Assembly (NCBI GenBank): GCA_009103225.1
Contig: RHPI01003642.1
Coordinates: forward strand, 455,116-519,115
DNA from: Chlorokybus atmophyticus
Lineage: Eukaryota > Plantae > Mesostigma and Chlorokybus algae
DNA length: 64,000 bases
Reading direction: 5' to 3'
Shown here piece by piece: positions 1-13,348 of this stretch. Every line of letters begins with the position of its first letter. Position 1 is the stretch's first letter. The notes under the pieces were generated by a model. The model was not told the DNA's origin, did no database searches, and was given only the letters and a program-made list of their open reading frames with translations. Made by a program: the position numbers and the translations under genes.

Positions 1-1636
1 AGACGATGCAGTATTTGTGCATGCGTGTGCACGCACCACAAAGCGCCTGCTGGCCACCTTGTGTCATCAGCAGATCGACATGGTTGCCATTGTACGTGTT
101 GTTGCTTATCATATTTCTCCCTGCAACAGGTTGCACTCTTGAGCGTTTTGTGCGGTTCAATCGATGCATCTCCCATCACCATGTCCTGTAGGTGGTGGAC
201 CTTCTGCTGGACTACTCATTTATTTGTCAATGGAGTGGTGCACTCTCAAAGGATGCAAGTGCGAACCGTAAACCAAGCACGCGCTACAGTTTGGCTGCTT
301 TTGCGCTCGACTGTTATGGCCGTCTGGTAGCTCCCGAGGAGCTGCATGCAGCGAGCCTGGCCAACCCCGCTGTGTCATTGCTGCAGCAGAACAGACGGCG
401 ATTTGCCGGTAAGCTGCGAATAGTGATTGCCGTTATGCCTGTATTGGCAGTGGCAGTCTTTGCTGATACCTTCTGAACAGGTAGCATTCAGCAAGATGCA
501 GTTGTCGGAGAACACAAGCAGAGTGCAAACCTCACGCACAGCAGCATGCTGCCGTGCACAGCACCAGTGGATGAACTTGTGGATGTGGTCAGGTGCTTGT
601 GCTCTGGCATGACTCAGGAGCCCAAGCCAAACTCGACACTCGCTACAGTCGTAACGCTGATAACGACTCGACTGAGCACACCGCATGAGGTCTCGCCCAC
701 CGTTGAACAATACGATGAGGTATCTCGAATTGTGGGGTGGCTGCATGCTGCTCACTGAGCTGCCCTGTAAACACTTGAGTGAGCTAAACAGCTCCCTCTT
801 GCTGGCAGATTCTTCCGAGGCGACCAACCTTTCCACGCCACATGTTCATTGTGGACTGCTTTTCCCGTAACCCGCTCTTGTTTCAACTACTTCAGCTGAT
901 CGCTCAGCAAAGCCCCGTGGACTTGCGGCGCTGCACAGAGCTTCCACTAACATTGCTCGCTGACACAATCGGTATCTGGCACGACCTGGCACGCACCTAT
1001 GCACACAAGTCTTCCCAGGTCTTAAGCAGTGGTTTTTTCAACAAAGCTGTACAACACGGTTGCATTGTACCATGCAGTGCATCTTTGACACTTGACACCT
1101 GTGCGGCCAGGCCCCGACAGATGCAGGCTTGGTTCAACAGACAGTGCGGGTCTTGAACCTTCTCACCGCCGTGGACTGGCTACCACACCCCATATTGCAT
1201 GCGAGTGAGATTGTTGACAAGCTTCCTGCTGCAGACGTGTGCGCTCTCCTGCAGGTTGGTCAGCTGATACGTTGCATGCACTACCATCCATATGCCTTTG
1301 CTCAAAAGCCTGCTGCAGGCGGTGTGGCACTGCTTACGGGATACTGCATCCATGCGCCGAACAATCACTACAACAGCGTCATATTCTGCCACCACTACCT
1401 CCAGCATGGCCGCCCTTTTTACTCAGAGTCCGGCATCTCTCACCCTGACTGCAGGTGCTACAACTAGCGCACCGTCCTCACTACCTGCCAATGCTCCTGC
1501 GCAAGCGCCGAGCTTTGAGACTTTGAGCATGCAAGCTGCTATCCCTCACTGGGAGCTGCAGCTGCAATCCATTTTGCACCGCAACATCGCCAGCATTGGG
1601 CCACAGTTTGCTGCATTCTACAGAGCTGATGATTGA
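1..1636 (+). CDS. INTS5: Integrator complex subunit 5, 3' part (multi-exon, 5' end outside window)
   Basis: Spliced exons give NPLLFQLLQLIAQQSPVDLRRC, WLPHPILHASEIVDKLPAADVCALLQ|AVWHCLRD and LQSILHRNIASIGPQFAAFYRADD*. These parallel, in order, the INTS5 C-terminal blocks as I recall them (NPLLFELLKLVA / [34 protein letters not shown] / LHRNIDRLG). GT-AG introns of ~70-90 nt; TGA at 1634-1636. Confidence 0.8.
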
Positions 1637-2321
1637 GTTGATAAACATGGTTGTGACTCTACAGTGTGCCCTGCATGCATCTGAACGAGACTTCTTGGTG
1701 TCGGTTTGAGGTTGATTGCAAGAAGCAACGGGCAATGATGCGATGATTGTTGTAGTTGAAGTTGTCTCAATCATAAAGCACAAACCTACCAGGCAGCTGC
1801 AGCAAGTCATCTCTGGACATGGCCAACACAAGCTAAGTATAGTACAAGCAAACTGCACCCGCAAGGCAACACATTGCACCTTCTGCGAGTGTTACCTACA
1901 GCATTGCTCAAATCAATGTTGTTATATACATGGTCCAGTTCAAAGCACCATTGGTGCAATTGCTTGAACAGCAAGCCACCTTAATGGATCTCGTTGTTGA
2001 GTGTTACGTGCTTGCGCACATCTAAACAGAACTACCAAGTTGACACCCTCGGCCAAGTTGTAGGATGCTTCATTAAAATTGATTTCACCCCCCACCTTCC
2101 CCTTCCCCCTCAATTGTGTGTGTTTTGCACTCTGATAACGTATTTAAGCACAAGTTGTGATACTTGATACGCGATCACATAATCGTGTTCACATTTTACC
2201 TCGACGCAACTGAACATTGACATTACGTTGTCATATCATGAGTACGACGTAGTTGTCATTATGAAGTTGCAACAAGCAAGTTACTCTTTGCAACTTTATT
2301 ATGACAATCATGACATCATTA

Positions 2322-2323
<2 letters not shown>

Positions 2324-2353
<30 letters not shown>
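2324..2353. repeat. (TA)n microsatellite
   Basis: Perfect TA run read directly. Confidence 0.95.
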
Positions 2354-2356
<3 letters not shown>

Positions 2357-2890
2357 TACGATAATTCATTATGTGATGCCTTATCAGCGTATATTATAAT
2401 GTGGAATAAATTTGCCATGACAGAATAGATCTCATTGCCATGCAGCAGTAGTCATGCTGCATAACAATGTTCGGGTACATCACTACATCACTACTGGTAC
2501 AATTCAAGCATGTGTTGTACTCATCATGTCATGTTCATTTACAACATGATGGCTTTGTTGATGTCATGCAACTACAGGACGCAAAACGGATATGCTGATA
2601 TCGCGGGACAACATGTGACGAACACGCGCCTGGTCCAGCAGCGTTGGCCGCGGCGGCGGCGGCGAAGGCGGTGGAGGTCAGGAGAGCGCCGACGATTGCT
2701 ATAATCAGGTCATTTGTCTTCCGTGTAAAGCTCTTGGATCTAGGCGGTACTCTGGCGGCTAAGGCATAGCACTCTGGCGCACGGGTTTCAGCTGGCGGCG
2801 GCGGCGGCGGTGCCCCGCTGGGCCCTCTTCTCTCCAAGGCTCAGCTCACTCAGGCGCCCCTTGGGTCGACGGGCGGCGTTGCGTCGCGGG

Positions 2891-4955
2891 ATGGCCGTCG
2901 CCGCGTCCATCGCCAGTGACGTGGAGGACAACGCCCCCGGCACTTCGGGCCAGGAGTCGCCGTCGCAGCAACAGCATGCAGCTCAGCAGCAGGAGAAGCC
3001 CGCCGCTGGACTCGCGCTAACGCACAGCGAGCGCGCCTGGGCTCACTTCCGCAAACTGGTATGGCATGCAGGGGATATACAAAGTTAACAGCAACAACTA
3101 GGAATACAATATTATTCAAGACAATGTGATAGCATCAACCTCAACCGCAGAAAGTCGCTCACGAAGAGTAGTTATATTACTTACATACGCGCGAGCAGAT
3201 TAAGCTTTTCCTACACGAGATTCATCAACATTCATTAAGGACTAGGGGGCACTGCGATGGGCATCTTGGTACAGAAGCCTGCTCATACCAACCTGTTATT
3301 CTATACCTGCAATCAAAGCAGAGTGTGTATGTTCGCAAGCTTCAGCCATGCGCTACCCAAGCATAATTAGCGTTGTTGTCAATGCAGTTGTTGTCACGGT
3401 GGTCTACTCATATCTCAAACCTCCTTTCCAAACTGTGCGGACTGCACATCAGTTGCATGCAATACTGTCATTAACAATGCGCCTTAGCAACAGTCTGTCA
3501 TGTTAACTCCACAGCAAAGAATACGATCGCTCTTACACAATAGTGGAGGTCCGTCAGCTGCCCTATGCAAATGGCTAACCTTGGACAGGCAGCGTGTTGT
3601 TGCATGCGCTCTCCAATCTAGTCACTTATTCTCCTGGGCTTGAATAGAGTCAACTATGTGCGTGTATGTTCAGGGCTCGCCAAAGCATCATGTTGCGCCA
3701 ATGGTGGACCAGTCCGAACTGCCGTTCAGGATGCTGTGTCGGAGATATGGTGCGGATGCAGCATACACGCCCATGCTGCACTCGCGGTTGTTCAAGGAGG
3801 GCGCAGCTTACAGGGACGAGCACTTCACCACATGCGCGGAAGACCGACCTTTGTGGGTTCAGTTCTGCGCCAATGACCCGGACGTGCTGCTGGAGGCGGC
3901 GCGATACGTCGAGCCTCATTGCGACTATATTGACATCAATCTTGGCTGCCCACAGGTGCATACAATCATGATTACGAGTGTTGTGTCTGCATGGTTGTCT
4001 GCCAGCTACAAGTGTGTGATTGAGTTGAGTATTATCTACTGTGCCTGCAGAGGATAGCCAAGCGTGGGAGGTATGGAGCGTTTTTGATGGATGACATCCC
4101 TTTGATCTGCCGGATGGTCAACAAGCTGGCCACAAACTTGTCCACACCAGTATCCGTGAAGATCAGGAGGTTCCGTGACATCGAGGAAACAGTGCGTTAC
4201 GCAAAGCAACTTGAAGAAGCTGGTGCTTCGTTGATTGCAGTGCATGGAAGAACAAGAGAAGAGAAGAGCGGAGCCCTGCGCGCAAACTTGGAGGTACGCA
4301 TAGCGCGTGTGTGAAACCCACAACATGAAGTCACGTGCGTTTTTTCATCATATGTACGTCGGGATTGGTCACTTCTGTTGTTGCTGTACAGGTGATTAGG
4401 CGAGTAAAGGAGGCGGTAAGCGTGCCAGTGCTCGGCAATGGCAACATTAGGCACCTGGAGGACGCGCACGAACACATGCGGATTACAGGTGTGGACGGCG
4501 TGTTGTCGGCAGAGTCGTTGCTGGAGAACCCGGCTCTCTTCTCCGGAAGGCTGCTTGCTGGTGAGGGTGAGTTGTGCGCGGACCCCATCGAGCTGTGCCT
4601 GGAGTACCTGGAGCTCTGTCGCACGTACCCAACGGCCATGCGCATGGTTCGCGGCCACGTGCACAAGATGCTGGGGTGCTGGTTCTCCGTCCACCCTGAC
4701 GTGCGGCAAAACCTTAACAACAACTGGAAGCTGACGATCGACTGGCTGGTGGACATGTGCAAAGAGTTGCAGCGACGTAATGCGGCGAATCCGACTCTGC
4801 AACCGGTTCTTAACTCTTCAGGCAGCTCAGATGCTGCCAGTCAGCAGAGTGAGCCTGCTACGTCTGACAGGTTGTTGCAGCTTCGGCAGTTAAAGAAAGC
4901 CAAGGTCGAGGGGGATGGTGCAACCACTGTTGCTTTGGAGGCTGCAACATGTTGA
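2891..4955 (+). CDS. DUS1: tRNA-dihydrouridine synthase 1 (4 exons: ~2891-3058, 3674-3955, 4052-4293, 4391-4955)
   Basis: VAPMVDQSELPFRMLCRRYG, PLWVQFCAND, IDINLGCPQ|RIAKRGRYGAFL, VSVKIR, IAVHGRTRE, PVLGNGNI and DGVLSAESLLENPALF are canonical Dus motifs; splice sites are in frame. Start codon could lie slightly upstream. Confidence 0.93.
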
Positions 4956-7343
4956 CATTTCCTTGATGTTAACACTGTTGCCGGTAGCTAAGTCAATTCC
5001 AGTCAGTGCCATGAACATGTGGTGCGAAGTAAAGCGCATAGTGAAATGCTGTTGAAGCAAGCAGTTAGCACTGTTGAGAGTAGTATTCGTAGCTAATGAC
5101 GCACACGGCAATAGTGAGTTGTAGTGCGGTTGTGTTCACAATGATTGCTCAAGTAGTTGACTGCGGTGATTATTATGTACTACACGTTCAGCGGTATCTT
5201 ATGGTCACCATTTGCTGATGAATTGCCATGCCAATTGATTCATCAAACAATACCTGGTACTATTATGTGCACAGCCGACGTTACCATGTACAAAACGCAG
5301 TCATCAATTAGACGCAAAAGTTGCGAGTAAGCACAGCCATCCTTTGATACAATCGGCGCACTTGTTCCAAATGAATTCAAACATTGCATGTAGCCCGCTG
5401 CTTGCGTGTCAAAACTGCAAAATCTGTGTGGTAAAGCGAGCCGGAAACCAGATCTTCACATCATGCTATATCGTGCATAATGCGCGCAATCAATTTCACA
5501 GGCTTTTCCAACCAGCCATATGTGCTCCTCAATACTATCTAGGCGTGCAATAAGAGCTGCATATCCGTTGTCCATGCACAGCACCCACCATTCCAAGCAA
5601 TATACCTGCATTCGACAGCCAACACCACCGGGCACAGCCATTTGCCTATATGTCTACTACCAGCTACCCCAGTCTCCATGGTCACACAAACACCTGTCTC
5701 TTAGGTAACGACCAGCACAAAAGTGCATCAGCTCGCCCTGCTGCTCGCGCTCATGCTCGCAAGGTCGCAGGAGTTGTTATAACCGTAACATCACGCATCA
5801 TTGCGTCGCATCCCGGCTTGGGTTGCGCCCCACATGTCGAGCCATCTCTGCGGCGTGCTCTTGCTCTCAAGATCACAAATGTCGCAACATAACTTCACGC
5901 GTCGTCGCATTGCGCATCTTTGCCCGGGTTGGGTGCCACATGTCGATCCGTCGCCAAGGGTTTCAACCTACAACAACAGTATCACGGGGCGTAATTGGCG
6001 CCTGAGACAGTAAGCAATCATTATTTGCCATGATGCCTGCATGCCTAGGTGATGAAGCTGATCCAGACTGCACCCGGAACACTGGCATCAAGAGAGACAA
6101 CGCGGCCTCTACATTGAAATACTGGCCTTTGATGACTGATAATTACCACAGGCGAACAAGTCTCAGAAAGTGTGAGTGTGAGTATGAGTGACTGTTACAT
6201 AGCTCAGCTATCGAGTTTTGATGGGTGACTGGCGTGAGATCTGTAGTGAGCTGGTATACTTGGACACTTTCAGTGCTCGTTGAACTCTGGGACGCACTGG
6301 CCTTATGTACGCTGTGAGAGCACACCACATGCAAGTTAAAACTGGCGCAGATACGAGCTTGTCTTCAATCTATCAAGGCGTCCCGGCATGCTCTGCAACA
6401 CAATCACGGCGATGCGCGCCGTTGAATGCATTGCAAATCTTACACGTTGCTCAAGCATGGCTGATTGTTGGCCATGCCACAGGTGGGTGCACAGCATGAC
6501 ACCAAGTCAGGCGAATGCAGAAGGCCTGCAATTTGCTGGCGTTGTACACTCAGATAATGACACAGACGTTGGTGACTCCCTGCTGCATCAGGGAGGCAAG
6601 CCAAAGGCCATAAGCAGTGGCCAGCGCGCAGTTTGAGGCCATACAGTGCCCCGCACACCGTCTCCTGCATGGGAGTCCTGAAAGCGTTTAGTGCAGCAAC
6701 TGGCGATGAGCTGCTAACAAGCTGCCTGCCACCCCTGAACATATCCGGAAATCCTCAATAGGTGATTGACCTGAGGTCAGGGCCATGCATGGAAGCGCAA
6801 CTACCGTAACTTTAACACAATTCTAGAGATGGTTTGCGAACTCGCAGACCAGGCATACAGAGCACAGGACACAAGCAGGTTTTACAACCAACTTCATGAA
6901 TCCATGCCTAACGCGATGCACCCAGCCTGCCTCACCTCTTGGACTTGGGCGCCTATGTTCCTGACAACCTTCTGGGCCTGCACACGGGCTCGTTGGCCTA
7001 CAAAGCCAGCCAGCAACCAGCCAGCATTGCAGCAAGAGCTACAAGTTCCGCAATTTACAGGACTACACCCTGGTACCTAACGTATCAAGATAGTCTAGAA
7101 CGCAAGGCAGCACTGGTGCAACCACGGAACAATGGCCAGCAGAGCAAGGACAGATCCAAAGCAGATACATGGCAGCTGCTTGCATACTTCAACACCATGC
7201 AGCGGGACGGATAGCCACAAGCAAAAGCAGAAGGCAAGACGCAATGGCATCGCATCGCAATGACCCACCACTTGGCACATCTCCAAAATCAACTGAGGCA
7301 TAGGACACCACGTGACTGCGCACAGCAGAACAATCACACCGGC

Positions 7344-9652
7344 TCATGATGCTCCAGGAGCAGGCTGATCGGTGCCAGGTGCAGCTTGTGTGCCAGGAGC
7401 TGGCTGTTGGTAATAACCCTGCTGAGAGTAATCGTAACCTTGGTAATAGCCTTGCCCTCCATAACCAGGGTAAGCTTGCTGAGCACCATATCCCTGCTGT
7501 GCATATCTGCAACACGGACGCCATGAGCCATGCATGACAACAACAAACCTTTAATGCATATGGCTTTGCTCGCTTGCATACATACCCGGCATAAGGGTCT
7601 GTTGCAGGTGCTTGACCTGCTGGAGCTGCGGCAGCTGTCTGCCCCTGTGGCTGTGCTTGTGCTTGTGCTTGAGGTTGCTGATAGTAATTGTACGCCTGCA
7701 TTACAAAAATTCCTCTCAGCACTGGAGACCCCCGTGAAATGTTTTATTGCTTCAGATACCTGTTGATCGTAGCCGGTCTGGTAAGGCTGCTGATAACCAC
7801 CATACTGGGCATACCCAGCGTATTGCGGGTACCCGCCATACTGGGGAGCAGCTGCCGCAGGGTAGCCACCAGCACCAGTAGGTGATGTGGACGCCCTGTA
7901 GCCACCACCACCACCACCACCACCAGTTCTGGGCCCCTCACCAGCACATACTTCACGGACAAGCTGTTCTGCTATGTCCGTAGCATACTTAGGGCCAATC
8001 AATGTTACTACACGCTCTGTTGCCCCAGGCTCCGTCTCGCGATCACTTTGCACCTGTTACAAGTTCGCCAGATTGTGCACATGGTAAACTAAGGGACATG
8101 GGTGCAGCAGATCAAAGACTGTACCTGGATGCGAGCACCAGAGCGATTTTGCAAATTTTTGATTGTCTCTCCCGCTTTGCCGATAATCAACCCCACCTGC
8201 CATGCAAACTGAGGTTAGAAGTAGTTCTAAAGCTGAGTAGTTCAAGCTCTTGCGGGCAAGAGTCACCTTGCTGTTTGGCACTTTGATCTGGACCTGTTCT
8301 TGGCCCTGGCCCTGGCCCTGGCCCTGGCCAGCCTGCTGCATTGGAGCGCGCGGAGCACCAGGCGATAACCCCATTGCTGCCTGCTAGTAGTGCGACCAGT
8401 TAGCAACCACCATGGCAAGTACAGCACTGAGCCTAGACAAAGCATGTAACGACCAGCACAAACTGACCCCATCTATCACTTCTCGAATCAAGCGTTCGGC
8501 CCTGTCGATCTGATCATAAGTGCCAGTCAGCTCAATCTGCCTGTCTGTTGCAGATGGATCGCTTTCTGCATCGCGCTGCACTTGAATTCGCGCGCCTGAC
8601 TGGTTTTGCAAGTACTTGATGGTCTCACCGCCTTTGCCAATGACAAGGCCAACCTGTCCAAGGTAGCACATGTTATAACTTGAAGTGGCTAGCAAAACGA
8701 CCACAACCAAGCAACTCAGGTTACTGCGCACCTTGGCATTGGGGATCATGATGTGACGAGATGTGGGTGCACCGAAGGAACCGCCGCCCGCAGGAGCAGG
8801 TGGTTGGTAGCCAGGAGGCGGACCTTGAAAGGCCTGCTGGTAATGTGCCCCTGGATCATCTGCACAATCAAGTCATTGGTCAGAAAGCGCTGCGGTGTAA
8901 GTGTCATGTAGTTGAGCCCAGTCGCACACCTCGCAATGTGCCATTTATCTCTGCAACGTGTCGCAACTGATCCTGCTTGACTTGATTCCGTTTTTCATCA
9001 TCAAAGAGCAACTCTTTAACCATGTTTGCGGCGATGCTCACACTATCCGGGTCATCACCCGTCACCAGAACATGCAAGTCGTCATCCCCGTCCTCATCAT
9101 CTTGCCCAGTCTGACAAGGTAGCGGTGTTCATGTCCTATGGCTGACACGGTACAAGTGTGCTGCATGCAGGTTGCCCAAAGACAAGCTCACATACCTTGG
9201 ATGAGCCTCTGCCACGAATCAAAATCTTAGCACCGGACTCGGCCTCCATCTTCTTCTGCTGACTGCCTCGCGGGCCGATGATCAAACCTGGAAAAGACAA
9301 AACATGTCATGAGACCCACACACCATGCAACGGCTCAAGCATACAAGTCATGCACCGCTGTCTCACCAATGAAGTTGAAGTCTGGATGCTCCTTGACAGG
9401 AATGTAGATCTTTTCTTCAAACTTATGTTCTCTGAGCCTTTTGGCTTCTGGGGCACCGGCCGTGAGGCGGGCGGCTATTTCTGCGGCCTTCCGCTTGGCG
9501 AGGTCGAAGTCACTCGCAGGAGGAGGAACGCTGTGGTAACCTCCTCCAGGCATGTCGTCTAAGGGCCGCTTGCTGCCGGCCAAGCCAGCGCCATTTTCAT
9601 CGCCGGAGGCTGCAGCAGGCTGCCCGGCGTAAGCACCACCGTCGTCAGCCAT
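7344..9652 (-). CDS. KH-domain RNA-binding protein: SF1/BBP-type KH-QUA2 followed by two FUBP-type KH domains and a Y/Q/G-rich tail
   Basis: [17 protein letters not shown]|[30 protein letters not shown] ... [13 protein letters not shown] (KH-QUA2). Then VPNSK|[26 protein letters not shown] and a second IPNAK-type KH. ATG 9652, TGA 7344-7346. Confidence 0.88.
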
Positions 9653-10111
9653 GCTTGGAGCACAATGCCTCCACGGACAACAGCACGACAACAACCACTA
9701 CAGCTACCACCACTCAGCCGCAACCGACACAGCCGACGTTCCCCGCCACCCAGCTGCCGCCCCCGCCGCCGTTACCGCCCTGCTGCACGTTGCTGAGGCG
9801 GACATGCGCTAGGGTTACAGCGACGCGCGCTCCTCACCCATGGCAAAACACCGCGCCCGGGCATTCCTCCAACGCAATTTTTGCGCATGGCTGGTGCCAA
9901 TCGGGCTTACCCTTCCTGGTCAACTCAGCCGGTTGATGCAGTATGTTTCGCCTGCAGCCGCTGGCCATGATAACAAGACAAGACCAACAGCGGACGCTGC
10001 GATATACATGTGGCGGGCAACGTTGGCGACATAGTTCTGCGCGTTGCCGGCGTGGGCGGTGGGTTCTGCGGCTACGGGACAAGCTCGCCGTGGCTGTTGT
10101 CCAGCGTAGAA
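9653..10111. promoter_or_regulatory. Probable bidirectional promoter between the KH gene and the SCL gene
   Basis: 459 bp between divergent ATGs; GC-rich; telo-box-like TAGGGTTA at ~9810. Confidence 0.55.
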
Positions 10112-11994
10112 ATGGGTCGGAGCCGCTCCTACAGTCCGCCTCCGCGGGACCGTGATTACAGGGACAGCTACCGGAGCGGGCATGGCGGTGGTGACGGGCA
10201 CTACCGTGGGGGCGGCGGAGGCGGAGGCGGCGGAGGCGGAGGCGGAGGCGGAGGTGGAGGTGGAGGTGGAGGCTACTCTAGGGACCGTGGTTCGGCGCCC
10301 AAGAGTACTACCAGTCTGCTTGTCCGCAACATTGCACGGGATCTGCGGTGAGTTTCTTTGTAATGCACGGAAGCATGTTCTGCGTACGTGACAGCGAAGC
10401 GACCTGCTGCCTTTATCTCGCCGTGTTAAATCTGTTCGTTTTACAGGAGCTCGGAAGAACTTCGGGGCCACTTTGAGCGCTACGGTCCTGTGAAGGACGT
10501 ATACTTGCCGAAAGGTGCGTAGGAGGCTGCAGAATGCAGTCCTTGTAAAGTGTTTCCCAGTGTTTTGTGCTACGAAAGCGTTACGCTGATACCACGGCTG
10601 TGTTGTCGTGCAGATTACTACAGCGGGTGAGCAGCTCACTGGCGCTGTCGGGTCATGTTGTTTATGCACACGTGACGACGTCGTGTTTATTGCATATACT
10701 ATGGCATCACGAGTTACCCGGTCAAGGTTTGATGGTCATGGTCCCTTTTTGCAATAGTCACGCCTGGCAATCCGCCGCAAAGGATGCGGCATGCTTGGTG
10801 GCCGTGGTCAAGTAGAGGCAGAAGTTGAGTTGAGACCAAGTGAAAGCAACTGATGTTCATGAAGCATGCCCCCGGGGCGAATTGTTGCCAAGTCTCCTTG
10901 CTGCACCATGGCTTTGAAGAGTTCATGTCACAAGTCAAGTTTAGAAAGAATCAAGCATGTCGTTGAAGTGTACCTGTGAAGCATGTCTTAAAGAAGCTGC
11001 ATGGGAGGTAAGCCTCGCACAGGGGCTGCTCAGGCGTTCGGTCTTGAGTCATTTCTTGCTCGGAAGTTGAGGACCCATTGTTCTGACATGCTTTTCTACA
11101 GAGAAATGCGCGGGTTTGGTTTCGTGCAATTCATCAATCCTGAAGACGCGTCAGACGCGCAGTATAATCTGGATCGGAGCGTCATTGCAGGCCGTGAAGT
11201 GACAGTGGTATTTGCAGAAGAGTCCCGGAAAACACCTCAGGAGATGCGGTCGAAGGAGCGTACAGGGTACGCATCATTGCAAGGCTGTCGCACATGTTGG
11301 CTAGTAACAGACCCCAAACAAGTATTGTCCTTGCAGGCCACGTAGCTCCGGGGGTCGTCGCGGACGGTCTCCTCCTCGACACAGTCGCAGATGTAAGTTG
11401 AGAGATATGTGTGGTATTTTATATTTCTGTGATGTAAAACTCATTGACGTTATGTTGATTTTGTAGCCCGCTCCCGGTCTCCATACAGAGCAAGAGATAG
11501 GTCACGCTCTCCTTACGAGAGACGCCGCTCTCCACATGATCGCCGCCGGTCGCCATCACCATATGAGCGCCGGCGCTCTCGGCCGCAGTCACCTACTCCA
11601 CCTCCTCGAGGGACATCCAGGTGTGGTTCACTTGCAAATGCCGCTATGCCTCGTGTGCATGGTAGTCATGTGTGTGAGAGCCCAGACTTAGAGACTTGAC
11701 TGAAACACTTTGCGTCGCAGGTCACCTTCCCCTCCTCCACGGGACAGATCCCATTCTCCAAGGCGTGCAGCTCCAGAGGATCGCGATGATCGCGATTACG
11801 CTCCCGCCAGTGCAGACCGATCTCCGCCACCCAAGGACAGGTACATAATGTGCTCACGCTATGACAGCATAGCCTATAGCTTGCATCTCAAGACTTGAAG
11901 CAAGGCAGCAGGTTGATTCTTGCGTTGATTCAGATCGCCTCCTCCACGGTCCCCTCCTCCACGCTCGCCTTCTCCACGCTCAGGGGACGAGTAG
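10112..11994 (+). CDS. SC35-like (SCL subfamily) SR splicing factor
   Basis: N-terminal RS/SP extension, RRM TSLLVRNIARDL..FERYGPVKDVYLPK|DYYS|GEMRGFGFVQF..REVTVVFAEESRKTPQEMR, then an RS/SP-rich tail ending GDE* (TAG 11992-11994). Includes a 13-nt micro-exon at 10614-10626. Matches plant SCL28/30/30a/33 architecture. Confidence 0.9.
10758..11007 (+). other. Candidate poison (PTC-containing) alternative exon in the long RRM intron of the SCL gene
   Basis: Acceptor ccctttttgcaatAG (10757), strong donor GAG|GTAAGC (11008), in-frame stop at 10813-10815, six GAAG motifs between 10821 and 10996. Confidence 0.6.
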
Positions 11995-13348
11995 CACCAT
12001 CAGCTGTGCTGGAGCTGAATTCGGACTACCTGCCGCCCGTTGGTAGTGAGGATTGTGTTGTCATGTATGTGTACGGTTTCAATACGCATGTTTGTGTTGG
12101 ACTTGTGTATTTAAGGTGGCCCTTCAGCTGCGCAATTGTGGTGTTGTTGTGGTCATGTAGTGCGTGTCCTGCAGCATAACACCACTGGCTGCCGGTTTAA
12201 ACCCTTTGCTTACCCAGCTTTGGTTGCTGTTAGTGAACTAAGTCACAGCTTCCCTTTGCATAGCTTTGGCCGAGGTTTAAGCTCATGACAAGGTTTCCTG
12301 TGTTGCTCTTGTTCCTTCGGGTGATGGTACAAGTTGAGAGCGGGAAGAAGTTCACAGTTGCAGCTGTTGTCATGCACGTGTGGACAGCCGCTCCAGGCGC
12401 CTCTGTCCAGCCTGCTGTTCTCCCTTGCTAGTCACACATGAGTGAGTTTGCATGGTGATTGCTATAATCACTGCATACTCTACACATATGCCATTCCGCT
12501 CAACCTGTTCAATGTGACGCGTGCAGCCAATTTGCACATGCTCCGAGTAAAAGATTTTGAGGCACCATTCAAAGCATGCAATGAATGCTTCGCACAGGTA
12601 ATCAACCAACAGTGCGCATGTATGCATGCCCAACGGGGAGGTCTAGAGTAGGGTAGTGTGGTAGGTAAACAGGCAGTCAATATAGCCCGGTGGTGGTATA
12701 TGTGACTGTGTTTGCATGCTGGTTGGTATGCGATGCTGCTGTGACGTCATGCATGTCGCCAATTGTCTCGCGCATATCCTGTACACACATGCTGGACAAG
12801 CATGCATGGGTCGATGGCTTGCTTGTTGGCTTGTTGTGTTACTTGCTGTGTCACTATCAGTTGTGCTTATGCATCAGCACTTGCTGCACATGCGGCCGCT
12901 GAGATCTATGTGTACGTATCTCAGGCAGACCGCCTGTATACGCTGTTAAGGTGTGCTTTTGTAGTGGGTTGTTGTAACCACCTCAACTGAGCTGCACATG
13001 CACGGCTCCATATGGCCTGGCTATACAAGGGTCTGTTATGCATACACATATGCAAAGCATGTGAACCGTACTCACTCTGCTTGCAACACAACCAACTGCG
13101 CAAGGCAGCAGCAAATTCAACACCATGCTCATGATTAACCACAACCCCAGTTTCTGATGTTGCTCGCACCAAAAGACATTGTATAACTTATATATAATGT
13201 GTGAGATAAAGAATAAATACTGGGACAGCCATACATCAATAACGCTGCTAAAGGAAGTGTCGCAATGTCAACCAAGTGTGTGACGGCACTTACCCTGCAA
13301 TGCGCTAACACTCACGAACACGTCGTGTGTGAAGATCAGAACTTCCTG

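Noticed and set aside
6050-6145. Box C/D snoRNA (GTGATGA at ~6051)
   Set aside because: No convincing terminal stem, D box spacing or rRNA guide recognised.
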